Of a stretch of 64,000 bases of DNA, positions 1 through 12,152 are shown piece by piece; position 1 is the stretch's first letter, and each line of letters begins with the position of its first letter. The stretch covers positions 3,534,001-3,598,000 of the forward strand of contig JBLDXI010000019.1 of NCBI GenBank assembly GCA_047495785.1. Direction: 5' to 3'. This stretch comes from Lepidodermella squamata. Taxonomy: Eukaryota; Animalia; Gastrotricha. A program made the position numbers and the translations under genes. Below the pieces are notes generated by a model. It was not told the DNA's origin and ran no database searches. It was given only the letters and a program-made list of their open reading frames with translations.

Positions 1-22
1 ATTACGCCATAACATGATACTA

Positions 23-735
23 CAGGGTGTTCAAGGAATAATGGTTGGGCTATTTTTGGAGTTTAACTTTGGCCAGACGAAACGCGTGCTGTCAGAGCAG
101 AAACTTATTTTTCAGGAAAACCAGAAATTAGCCTTGGCCTATTTCATAGTAAATTTATACAGTTTCTTTATCGATCTCGGCTCTTACTTGCGGTCACTAA
201 TAAACGTTTTCTACCATGTCGAGGTGTGATAGGCCAGGGTTGTCCACGGGTCGAAAAATCGAGTCAGGACCAGGCCCACCAGTTGATTCGAAACCGGCCT
301 GTAGACAACTCTGTGATAGGCCGAAAACAGACCGATCGTAAACATACAGCCCAATTAATCGGTCACCCCCAATTCCCGCCCACGTCGTTATTCTTAGGAC
401 ACTTTTGTCCTTGTTATCAACGAACCAGTTGCAGTTGACCGTTGACCACCAAAGGTAATTTTGATCTTTGGTAAAACCGCCCAGGCGGAAAATTCCGTTG
501 TGAGTATTGCAAATTAAGAAATTGTGATTTTGATATTGTCTTTCTTTAACTTCTTTCGGCACACAATATGAAGAGCTAAAAAAACTGACCAAGTTAGAAA
601 TGAACAATGAAAATTGATTCTCTACCAGGCGTAAAACGACGAAGATGTTCAAAGGGTACAGGTCGTTATCATCGCTTGCGTGCCATCTGGCCAAAGTTCC
701 AAAAATAGTCCAACTATTATTTCTTGAACACCTTG
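23..735. mobile_element. Tc1/mariner-type MITE in the intron preceding the first visible exon of membrane-protein copy 1
   Basis: TA|CAGGGTGTTCAAGGAATAATGGTTGGGCTATTTTTGGA at 21 and its imperfect inverted copy TCCAAAAATAGTCCAACTATTATTTCTTGAACACCTTG|TA ending 735-737. TIR ~50 bp, TA flanks, no coding capacity. Confidence 0.8.
235..313. mobile_element. 79-bp hAT-type mini-MITE nested in the Tc1-type MITE
   Basis: Imperfect TIR CAGGGTTGTCCACGG / CCTGTAGACAACTCTG. Perfect 8-bp TSD TGATAGGC at 227-234 and 314-321. Confidence 0.8.
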
Positions 736-758
736 TAATATTTGAATGTTTTACGCAG

Positions 759-2753
759 CTACTGGCGCATAATTTGATGTGTCCGAAAGGGTCTATCCAG
801 ACGAGGTTTTCTTACCTAAGCCCTGCAGACCTAAATAGTTACTGGACGATTTATGAGCAAAAAGATCAGCTTGTGCCTCCAGCTAATCAGACTAATGGTA
901 CAGTACGACTCTCAATTATTAAACCATCGCTCTGGAACAAAGCCGTGAGTAAATTTGATTGCGTTGCTGCCAGCGTATTGAAGATCTTTACTGCTAGAAT
1001 TTTAATCTGAGCGATTTCTATGCTGAGGTTTTACTAACTCCGATTGTTAGCACCGGATATCTGTTGGTTGTTATCTCGGATAATGCGGCTATTGTGAGGC
1101 CTGACGCTACGGGAAATTATAAATTGACTATTGACAATAACTTCGGTTTAGAAATGAATTCAACCTCAGGTTTGTTGGAACGCCAACTTTTTGATATTAT
1201 AATTCACTTCGCTTGTACCAGGTCTCACGGTATTGATACCTATGCGAAATTATTTTCCGAATTATTACACTGGTGAAGAACCCTGGGATTTTGGATCCTA
1301 CGCTACAGTCAACTTCAAAGGCGGAAATAACCTTTGCATGTATGGATCTTTTCAATACTACTGCTTTATGCAGTGCAACACATCGAACGCTTGTTTCACC
1401 CCAACTGACGTGTTCCTTTCAAGCTATATGACTTCGACATTCCTTTTGCAAGTTAGAGTTCGAGACAAGGAAGTTAGCATTGACATATGCCGCGACAATT
1501 CAACAGCCTGCACTCGCATGTTTGCTAAGACTATCAATCACAATTTGAACTTCGCAAATATGAACGCATCGCTGGGCATACTTTCATCTTTATCATACGT
1601 AGAAATTTCGTCAATCAAAGTTTGGAATTGCGCGATACCTTACACAGGAACAGGATCGGTTGAAGCACTGGCAACTATGACTGCCGATAAATTACCTGAG
1701 AGTGATAAAGGCTTGGCAACCTTTCTACCCCCTTCCTCTGGCCTGTCAACGTCTGATTGGTCTTCGTGCTCCACAACTTGTGGCATCGGTTTTAAATGGC
1801 GACTTATGTCGAATGGCTCAAAAGAGAGCCAACAGTGCTCGAATTCAGTTCGATGCCCGGCCACGGCGGAGGAGCAATCGCGTGGGGTCGATATGATCTT
1901 CTCGCCCGTTCCAACTATGGACGGTTATTTCAAAGCTAGGAGGGCGATCAAAGTAACCCTGGCGAAGAAAGTCAGTGAAATCTGCGCGAAAGGCTACTCG
2001 AAATGCTGCCCGGCTTACACTGCAGGCTCAACGAGCCCTACTTTCAATTACGTCGATGCCGATGATTTGATTGATTCGAACTACGCCAATACCTCGCTGA
2101 AGGCGAATGGTTGCTGCTTCAAGGTTACGATACTTATCAGCAAGACTACGCCAACTAAATTTTGCGAGGCTGGAGGAAAGCTGAAATCAGCCAGTCGGAA
2201 GAAGAGAGCGGCTAGTGATACCACCCTGATAAGTCAGGCTGATCTGAGCGCGGTGATTGCAGATTCAGAGTTTAAGAATGCGCTGTCGACTGAGCTTGGT
2301 TATTCCGTGACAACGAATGCCTGCTTGCCAACTGAGATTCGATGCTCAGGCGAAGACCCTCTTCTAGTCACTCCGACGCCGCAATCAGCCCAGTCTTCAT
2401 CTCAGTCTTCTCAATCAGTGTCATCGTCCAGTGGGGATTCCGGACTGAGCCAAACAACTATAATTATCATAGGATCAGTTGTAGGCGGAGTTGTAGTGCT
2501 TGGAGCAACCATTGGCCTCATTGCGTACTTCTGCTGTGTCAAGAAAAAAACAGCTAATAAGATAGCCTCCTCACCCGAGCCGTTGCACCCAAGCGATCGT
2601 AGAATTTCGACAGGGGTTGGAGCGGATGGTTGGTACACGAATCCCAATGCGGGAGTTTATGCCCCTCAGCTGGCTCCATCCAATGGAATGCCGGTTCAGT
2701 TCGCCGGTCAATATCCAATTCATTCAGAGAAGCCTTACGGCGATAATTACTAA
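759..2753 (+). CDS. Membrane glycoprotein paralog 1 (5'-partial): last lectin-like domain, TSP1-like motif, Cys-rich RKKR domain, TM, tail
   Basis: Exons 759-944, 998-1169, 1222-2753 join in frame through GT-AG introns of 53 and 52 bp. Motifs FNLSDFYAEV, WSSCSTTCGIG, SRKKR, TM IIIIGSVVGGVVVLGATIGLIAYFCC, tail PIHSEKPY. Upstream exons lie outside the window. Confidence 0.9.
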
Positions 2754-3638
2754 CCCTGCCGTTGAAAAACAGGTTTTAAAGTTCAATATGCATCATTATA
2801 AACAAATTTTCCCTTGATTACGGCGAGATTTCCTGTGAGAAAGTTATGGTTCAAGTTTGAAATTCTACACTGATCCTGCGTGTTTCTTTCATTGAATAAA
2901 ACCGAGTGGTGATACAGAGGTTTATGAATTCCCATAAGAGCAGGCAACAGCGAAACAACGCTGCCAGGGAAATATCCTTTCTTCAAACTTCTCGCTAGTA
3001 TTGACCCATTTCAGCAAATTTTCTTGCAATTTACCGTCATTTTTCGAAAATTTCACGCTGAGTGGCCGAATTTCCCGCGCACCAGGTTTCGCATGTTTTG
3101 CAGCCCTCTTAAAGTTGAAAGGATCTAGACTCAGTATACAAAATGAGGATGTAGTTTTTTTATCAATTATTTTAACCTAATTAGGTGAATCATTGAAATT
3201 GTGTCGAATAGCCCCCGTTAGGGGGGCGGCATAGTGGCGTGTGCTGCTTTCAGACGAGCTGTAGTGGCTGTAATAGGTTTTGTATTTATCTGAATATCGA
3301 TCGAAATCCTGGGTTGGCAATTTCTGTCCAGTCAAGTTCAATACTTCAGCTCTCATACAATTCTCTTGCGAATATTGAAAAAATAGGCAGTCTATTTCGA
3401 AAATGGCTTTTTCAAGTTTAAACTCACGTACCTCTCTCACCTCCCAAAGCCCCTTGAGTGGCTTAAAATGTGGTTTCAATTTTATATAATCAATTGGTAG
3501 TCAAGCTGAAAACCAATAAATAATTCAGATCGCTGTTGTCGATTCTTGTGGGCGGTAAAACTGAACCTCGAAATCAATTAATACCCGAACAAAATGCGAA
3601 CCTCCACGCTCGGACACGACCTGCTAAAATCTATTGAA

Positions 3639-6600
3639 ATGCGACCTGCAAAGGCTTGGAGTTTGGCAGGGCATTGTCTTATCACTCTGGTTCTATCGCT
3701 GCTGCATGTGACGTTTGTCGAATCACAGACTGCCATCTCTTGCACAGCTCCGGTCTTCCAACCGCAATACTCTTATACTGGGTTGGAGTCAACAAATAAT
3801 TGGACATTTTTGGACCCGTCTTCGTCCAATTCAGATAAAATATCATTTGAGTATTCAACAGCCAATAGTTATAGGGGCAGTGTTGGGATGCAGAGCTTCA
3901 AAGTAAACGCCTTTTTCCAATATAATGGGAATGATACTTTTCTTTTTACAGCCATTCACGTTGGACAATTTTCTATCCGAAATAACGATGCAAGTCAATG
4001 CATCCACCGATCAAAAAATAAATCCAGGATTCGGGTTCTTTTTGACAAGCCTTGGTTTTCAAACTGTAGCTTATTCACTAAGCTACCTACCATATGCGAT
4101 AAATTCAAACATAAATATTGGTATAAAATATCTGTTTATGGTTTTATTATTTCATCGCGGCTTTTCCAGGACTAACTATTCTGGTGTTAAGCGAAAACGA
4201 CACAGTTCAAGGCGCCTGGTTTGCTGATCCAGATTCAACCAAGTGGGAAAACCTAACTGTAGGAAGCTGCGAACGTGCTGAATGGTGTTGGATCGGCTCG
4301 AAAAATCAAATTAGCTCGTTCGTGAATAACCGAAAAATAACGTGGAAAATTCGGCTCAACCTGGATAAGTTGACTGTGGAGGCGTGCGATGTTGATACCT
4401 CGACTTGTCTAAGGACTCTGGACAGCGTAGTGATGCCATCTTCTTTCCAGTCGTATTTCGGGAGTATGGACACTTACCTGATGCTCGCAGCTTCCACAGG
4501 CATGGCGATAGACGTGTACTCGGTGAAAACGTACACTTGCGGAACGGCAACAACAACGCCAGCTCCGGTGGTGAGTAGTTTCGAAAAAACGTTCATGTGA
4601 AACATTGACCAATTCTATTCTTAGCTGCAACCCCGCGGTACAAAGTGCCAGAACGGCGCGTTTCAGTCAAAGTTGTCTTTTCAAAGTTTGCCAGACGTGC
4701 CTGGTAATTGGAAACTTAACAGACAGATGCAATCCGCTGAACGGGTCGAGGATTCGAATTCCATACGACTGACATACAAATATTGGGGAACGGGTGGAAT
4801 GTGGAGCATAGAAGTACGTTGTTAAGTTCAATGGAACTTTACGAATCTTATGAAATATGACCGGAAATAATTGATAAATGGGGTTTGACATCGTGAGTTT
4901 TGATGCCACTTTCAAGATGTATTAACGAGGAGTCGAATGGTATAAAAAGGTGGTTGATAGTCATCAGGGTTGCTGAGAAAATATTAGGCTTCAAAGTTTA
5001 CATGCGAAAAATGCTAATTTTAAAAAATGCGCACTAAAAATGACTTTTGATAATAATGATAAATTCTCATGATATTTTCTTGAAGTGAGGAATCTCGCCA
5101 GATATTTAAAAAAAAAGCTGTAGTCTCTACTTCAACGTGAATCATTGACACTTTGCAGAGCATGTCTGGGCTTTTCCGTGTTTTAAGAAGGATGGGAGCA
5201 TCCTATGGGCCTGAAATTCAAAAATTTAAAATCCTCAACAACAACTGAGTAAGAGCATATTGGAACCCAAGAATCGTACTTTTTCAAGTGAACACACTTT
5301 CTGCGAAAAAATTGGGACTCGACAATACCCCTTGTTTGAGGATCCTACTCCTCGCGCTGCGTCAAACTGCTCTTAAGTCCTCAACTATCAACTATGCCTT
5401 ATAGCATCGACAAGCGAAAATAATTTTTTTGACAAGTCATATCGAAAATGTTAAGTTCTTGAAACCTTTACTTTGCATGCCGTTTCAGCGATTCACACTA
5501 TCCGATTTCTACCTGGAATTTGTGGCGTCGACAACCGCTAGTAGTAACGGCTACCCGAGTCTCGCCGTCTTCATTGCAAACAGCGCCTCCGTAATGAAAA
5601 CCAACGCGACGAACCAAGCCAGTGACGGATTTTACGGTGTAAATAAAAGCACTACTCATGGTCTGGTGATAAACTTCCCGCTCATGGACCGGTCCGAATA
5701 TTACGAATCGATTTCGGGCAATTCATTCCCGACAATGAATTACATCGACAGAGTAAACAGGCGAAATTCAATGGGTAATTACTTTGACGAATCGTTCGAT
5801 TGCGGGCTAGCAGACGCTTGTTTCAAGGCTAAGCAACACTTCATCCAGTCATACCTGAGGTCAAAATCCCTCTGGCAAATTCGCGCGCAGAACAACCAGC
5901 TCACCGTCGACATTTGCCGATACGGCACAAGTTACTGCGCCCGAGTTTTCAACAACGTATCGCTGGATATGGATTTGTCATCCGCAAGCAATTTGTCGCT
6001 AGGTATCGTCTCGACCGGCCTGTTAGATATTAATTTCGCAGTCGAAGTCAAAGTTTGGTCGGTGGGTGTTTGGGACTGCTCTAAAACCAGCGGAACATCA
6101 AACAGCAATGCTGCGCTAATCAGCTCGCCATCATGTCCGAAAGTTTTGGCTCAGTCTCAATACTCAACGACGGATTACACTGCTGTTGAGAAAAATTGGG
6201 TCTATGATCTGATGGATTATTATGTTTACGAAGGTTTTACTTCATTACCGTTGGGCATTTCGGAATCGTCACACTCGTCGAAAGTGACATCATTTGCCGC
6301 GAAAACCGTTAGTTTTCACCATGATTTTATAACAAATGTCACCACATTTTGATTCAGGCTTTTAATTTGGATGATTTCTACATCGAACTAGGCATTGGTC
6401 CATTGAACAAGGACAGATTTCAATCACAATCAAATAGCCAAGTGTATGGTGGATTTGGATTGTACATTACAAGCATCAGCCCTGAAAACTTCCAAGCTGC
6501 TTTGGATGAAGATGACTGGAGTAATAATTTGGGTGAGAGCGTTTAATCTTGTTGAATTTAATAGGCTACTCGATTGCTCCGTACAAGGGCTTATTCTGTT

Positions 6601-9067
6601 AGTTTCATTTGAAACTAGCAGCGTCTACGGCGGTTTTCTCGGACCGAATATCGACTTCAAATGGGGCTCGCGATTACGCTTGCCCTGTGGAGAATTCGAA
6701 TTATGTTGGCAGAAATCGCCGACTGTAACAAGTGCCTACTTGACCAACCGCATAGTTACTTGGAAGTTCCGGGTCAACCTGAACAAGATCAGTGTTGTAG
6801 CATGTGTTGCTGATACAACCGATTGCTTCATGACCTTAGAAAACGCGACTTTACCATCATCCCTTCAGGCGACGTTCGGTAGCTTGGATGTCTATCTTGC
6901 TGTCGCATCATTCCCAACAACATCTCTTGAGTTGTATTTTGTCAAAACTTCGGACTGTGGAACCGTCGCGACGCAAACGGTGGGTACATGATACTGTGGC
7001 TTTTGATAATCCCACGCCTAAATTCCGATTTCAGCTAAAACCGCATGACTCAATGTGCCCAAGAGGCGATTTGGTGCCAGAACTTTCCTATCAAACGTAT
7101 ACTGATTTCGCTAAATATTGGCAATACTACAACTCGAAAGCAACGATATCTCAGGCGACAGGAAAGGTCATGCTGACTTCGTCCGCCACAGGAACGGGGA
7201 CAATGTGGAGCAAAGCTGTGAGTTTTGATTGATCGTTTGCAATCTAACTTGATGCTTTCAACTGAATACAGAAATTCGCCATGACAGACTTCTACATAGA
7301 AGCTGTTGTATCCATGGCTTCAACTAGCTTAATACCGGGGGCAATCTTATTTTCAATAATCAACAGAGACTCAATTCTAACATCCGGCTACGGCGGGGAT
7401 AATATCCTTGGCTATAACAAATCTTCAAACTTGGGTGAGTTGATTCGAAAATCTTGACAAAATGTTTTTTCAACTGATGAAGTTACCCAGGCCTCGCAAT
7501 CTATGTGCAGAACTCTGGAGTATTTTATTCAAACAGGCATGATCAAGACTTCACAGACACAACAATCGACATTAGAGATTCAAATGATTCGGTGTGTTAT
7601 GATTACTACGATCCTGAAACCCAGCAATACTGCGCCTTGAAATGCTCAAAAGCTGATTTGTGCCTGACGAATACGACTCAAGTCTTCAATTTAGCCTACC
7701 TGCGAGGGACATCGCTGTGGCAAATCAGAATGAGCGGAAAAGATATTACAGTTGATGTTTGCCGCTTCAATACAACCATTTGTACTAGAATGGTGAGTGG
7801 AACAATTCAGCATAACTTGGATTTTATGAAAAGGGACATGTCCCTTGGACTTGGCTCTGTCGCCATATGGCACTATAGTGAAAACCTTGAAACACTCAGC
7901 GTTAATGTATCCTCAGTCCAAGTGTGGAACTGTTCCTACTCTTACAAAGGAGCTGAATCTGTTGAAGCTCTGGCCACAGCTACGGCTGACAGCCTTCCGG
8001 AATCTGACAATGGCCTAGCAAAGCTAATCCCGCCTTCGAAGGGTCTATCAACCTCGAGCTGGTCATCTTGCTCCACAACTTGCGGCCTAGGTCTTCAATG
8101 GCGACTACTAGCAAACGGGTTGAAAGAGAGCCAGCAATGCTCAAATCAAAATCGATGCCCTACAACTGCTGACGAGCAGGGAAAGGCGGTGGACATGCTG
8201 ATCTCGCCAGTTCCAACAATCGATGATTATTTGAAAATGAAGAAGTCTATCAAGGTCAATTTAGCGTCGAAGCTTAGCGATCTCTGTGCAAGAAATTACT
8301 CTAGATGCTGCCCTGGTTACACGTTTAGCCAAATCCCGAATTTCAAATGTGTTGAGGCGGGTGATTTGATCGACTCGAACTATGCTGATACTTCGATGAA
8401 GGTTAACGGGTGCTGTTTCAGGGTAACTTTGACCCTGAGCAAAACGGGTCCGACCAAATACTGCGATGCCGGCGGGACTTTGAAATCTGGGCGTAAAAAG
8501 CGGGCAGTCTCAGAATCTGTCGCGATTAGCCAATCAGATATGATTTCGATATTATCGGATACGGACTTTGATAAGGTAATGTCTGCTGCAATAGGTTATG
8601 CTATTGATTTCAATGGATGTCTGCCGAGTGAGACGAGATGTTCTGGGGAGGATGCAACTACTACTACTACTACTACTACTACTGCTGCTACATCTTCTAC
8701 TGCTATTAACAGCGCTACTAGCAAGCCAGCTACGGCAACAGGGATAACTGCGTCATCCAGCGATTCTGGGTTGAGTCAGAGCACAATTACTATTATCGCT
8801 GCCGTGGTTGGAGGAGTTGTTGGGCTCGGAATCATTATCGGCATTTGCGTTTATTGCTGCTGTCTTAATAAAAACAAAGTCGCCCATCAGCCTGACTCAG
8901 TTCAGCGCAGGAGCACTGTGTCGCTAGTCGGAGCAACGGATTGGTACGACTCCAAAGGAGCGTATCAAAATACGGCCAATTACAAGGCTGGAGGCTTTTA
9001 TGACAAAAAGCCTCTGCCTCTCCCAGGCTTTGGGCCGATTCATCCGAAAAAACCATATCCTTGCTGA
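3639..9067 (+). CDS. Membrane glycoprotein paralog 2, apparently intact, ~1443 aa, four lectin-like domains
   Basis: Exons 3639-3902, 3952-4120, 4170-4570, 4625-4813, 5489-6307, 6358-6532, 6588-6979, 7035-7217, 7272-7434, 7491-9067 (4332 nt). Phases are consistent and no stops were seen. Signal peptide (CLITLVLSLLHVTFVES), poly-Thr stalk, TM helix. Alternative ATG at 3594. AATAAA at 9144. Confidence 0.9.
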
Positions 9068-9404
9068 TTATCGAACTGATTGCAGATAAGCTTACGAACT
9101 TCTCTATTTTTTGGCAATTAAGTTACTGCGCCTTGCGGCTAAAAATAAACTATTATATAAAGCAATTTTCTTCTGAATTTCCAATCTTTAGATGAGAAAT
9201 ATAGAATGGTTACCTATTATTGTTTAAAATTCCAAATAAAATCACGGCGCAGTCAGAAAATGCTGATTTTGGCACTATTGCGAAGATCGTGATTTGAGCT
9301 ATCGATATTCATAAGAATTAGGTCCACATCTATCATAATGGCTTGCTCCTAATCGTGAAACTTCTCCTGCTTTTGGCTTTTTAATGGGCGGATGCGTAAT
9401 GCGG

Positions 9405-9552
9405 CAGAGAGCGAAGTACCGCTAGGGATGGTAGGGATCATCCCTACCAGTTCCCTCGGTCCTTACAGTGAGCTCATTCAAAGACCAAAGGGGGGACCCT
9501 TATGTCGATTTTTGTGATCCCTAGCAGTTCCGCAGTCCTACTTCGCTCTATG
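9405..9552. mobile_element. Small MITE-like inverted-repeat element
   Basis: CAGAGAGCGAAGTA ... TACTTCGCTCTATG termini plus inner TAGGGATCA/TGATCCCTA inverted pair. No clear TSD. Confidence 0.5.
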
Positions 9553-9833
9553 GTAAAAATGGTGCTTTCAATGTGTAAAATGTAAAAAATTGCATTTTTT
9601 CATGCGATTTTCTCGCATCAAAATTTTTGTTTTTTTCTCCTGTCCAGCTGAAACGTGTCGAGTCCATACAGTATTAGTCCCAAAGCTTGAGATAGAGTGC
9701 GCGGACATTTTATGACGAGATCCATCGCATTATTTTCAAAAAATTAACCTTTTACCTCAACAGCTTCAACAGCTCGTGCTGGCTTCGTCTCTTGGGTCAT
9801 CGAGAAGCTATGGAAATGCTGGGAATATCGATA

Positions 9834-10029
9834 CAGCACTCCCTCGATAAAAGCAGCTATTTAGTGGCACTGTCATAAGTAGGGCTGTTTACGATCGAAA
9901 AGGTTCAGCGCCCCAGATGGTGCTAATTTTCCCTTTTGTGATATAAATGTACGGCGACCTTGATAAAAGCACCCCTTGTTAAAAGAACGAATCTGGCGCA
10001 AGACCCCGAGCCTTACAGAGGGAGTACTG
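9834..10029. mobile_element. Tc1/mariner(pogo)-type MITE
   Basis: TA|CAGCACTCCCTC ... GAGGGAGTACTG|TA. Confidence 0.65.
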
Positions 10030-10821
10030 TAGAACTACTAGCTTTAAGCTAACTCACAGGATTCTACATTTCCGATAAATGAGCCACAGGTAACGGTTGG
10101 AGCTGAGCGTATGCTAATATAGAAGGAATATATAGAGTTTTACTAAATTTAGCGCACATTAAATTATTTAACGCCTTGTTCTGCCTACGCTCGACTTAAC
10201 CTCGCATTCTTTATTTGTTTTACGCTCTCCAGCGGGAAGTACAGACGGCGTGAAGATCGATGATAATTTATTATATATTAAGCTAGGCTCGTGTTCGCGT
10301 GAGAGGATTCCGATCCAATAATCAACCAGAAGAGAAAAGAAAAAGAAGACTTGGAAAACTGGGTTACAGATCTTTGACAGAGGAAGAGTGTGGAGTTCGG
10401 AGGTTTCCATTTTGGTGTTTATAGCATTAATAAACATCGGAAGGGAGAGGGAGGCAGAAGATGGCGTTTGGCCGCATTCTTCCGTTAACTAGTATAAATC
10501 GTTCTTTTTCGGTTAAACAATTTGTAAGACGTTTAAAAACGCTGCAGATTTATCTGCATGACAAAGAAAGCTTGCTTTTATAAAAAGCCATAATATAATA
10601 ATGTTCGCTTGAATAACATATAAAAAACAAAGACGTTTTCATCGACACCCACCAAATAAGCTTGGAAAACGCTGGCGGCGCCACATTGCATTCAAGGTAA
10701 CCCTGGAAGTCATCAATATTTCATTCGGGGTTACGTGGGCGAGTTACTGTTTAAAAAATAATTCAACGCAGGTCGCCGTGGGCGTTATTTTCGCGTGGTA
10801 GGCGATGCAGAATTAATTTTA

Positions 10822-12152
10822 GGGTGCCAACTTTCATACATAAATATGTATGAAATTTTTCCCTTTCATACATATTTATGTATGACAAAATTAACTTTCA
10901 TACATATTTATTTTCATTAAATTCGAGCTGAAAACATTAGGGAAATGCCAGATGACTAGATTTCTGTTTATGTGAAAGAAAAACGGGGTTCCGAAAGCGT
11001 AGTCAATTTTTTCCGCATGAAAATGGTTATTGGGGAAGCGCAAGGGCCAAAAAATCGAACTTTGTAGAAACCCGAAACTCGAACTACCCTAACCCTAAAC
11101 CTTAACCGTGAGACCTAACCAAACCCTAAACCTAACCCTAACCCAAATCTTTCTTGGTACCACACAATCGTTCGGCGCCCTGGACTCTCCTTCCGCTGGC
11201 GTCGTGCCAGCTACCTCGCCCTCGTCCGCTCGATCGCTTCCTTCGGCTGCGTCGCCTTTTCGTCCGCTGCCAAGCATCAGTTGCGCCGCCTCGACGTCCT
11301 GCAGAATAAGTGCCTGCGCGCCATGCTTAACGTACGCCTCGCTGACCGTGTTCGTATCACCGAACTCGAGCGGCGCTGTCGCCTGCCTAGCCTTTCAGAG
11401 TTTTTCTGCCAGGTTCAAGCCCGCTACGCAGAGAATGCTTGCAGATATGTCCTGCCACTTCGCGAGCAAATCGAAAGCGTCCGCTTACGTCCGCCGACGA
11501 CGATGAAGTCACCCGTAGTCGTCCTCCATGACCGCCTGTCGTCGGGCCCGCTCCCTGTCTTTGTGACTTAGTCCACCCTTTCCCCTTTATTCCTTGTATT
11601 CTCCGTCCTTCTCTTATCCTCTGTTCTGTCTCTGTCCGACTTTCTCTCTATTCCTTCCTTCTGTCTCTGTTTCTTCCTTCTCATCATTCCTGTTCATGCT
11701 CTTCTCTTCATTTCCGTTGCTCTATGTCTTCTGAACTGTTCTAGCACTTTCGTTCACTTTCCTATCTACCCGCACCCGATAACACTTGAGCTTCTGATAA
11801 ATCCTTCCTTTCTGCCTCCCCAATAGTGTCATCCGCGAACTGTCTTAGACAATCGCGTGTCCTCTGTGTGCCGGCGCCTGGTCTGACATATGTATTTTCA
11901 TTGTTATTATTTTCTGCCTTTAAATTTAATTTGTATGTCAACTAAGGACAAATAAAACAGATTTTCGTTTTCGTTCGTTCGAACCCGAACCCTGGCACCT
12001 AACCCTAACCCCCAACCCCAATTCCTAATCACTGCTTGGCTAAAAAACACGATTTTATGAAAAAAAATATGTATGAAAGTTAATTTTGTCATACATAAAT
12101 ATGTATGAAAGGGAAAAATTTCATACATAAATATGTATGAAAGCGCACTTCG
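10822..12152. mobile_element. Foldback/MULE-like non-autonomous element with long palindromic TIRs
   Basis: ~80-bp inverted arms built from the near-palindrome TTTCATACATAAATATGTATGAAA (10831-10910 vs 12065-12143). 9-bp direct repeat TTAATTTTA at 10813-10821 and 12153-12161. Internal degenerate TAACCC tracts. Confidence 0.75.
11147..11910 (+). mobile_element. 5'-truncated non-LTR retrotransposon (post-RT C-terminal region plus pyrimidine-rich 3' UTR)
   Basis: Frame reads SYLALVRSIASFGCVAFSSAAKHQLRRLDVLQNKCLRAMLNVRLADRVRITEL, the YxxxxRxxxxY/FG...LxxxQNKxLR pattern typical of I/Jockey-group ORF2 C-termini. Stop at 11571. Boundaries approximate. Confidence 0.75.

Noticed and set aside
197-694. 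165-aa minus-strand ORF and other short ORFs in MITE or intergenic DNA (e.g. 15046-15483, 52265-52702)
   Set aside because: They cross TE boundaries or tandem repeats and show no recognisable motifs.
11085-11145. True telomere or telomere-targeted retrotransposon
   Set aside because: The TAACCC tract is short, degenerate and internal to a foldback element. The LINE 3' end is not directly flanked by the repeat.
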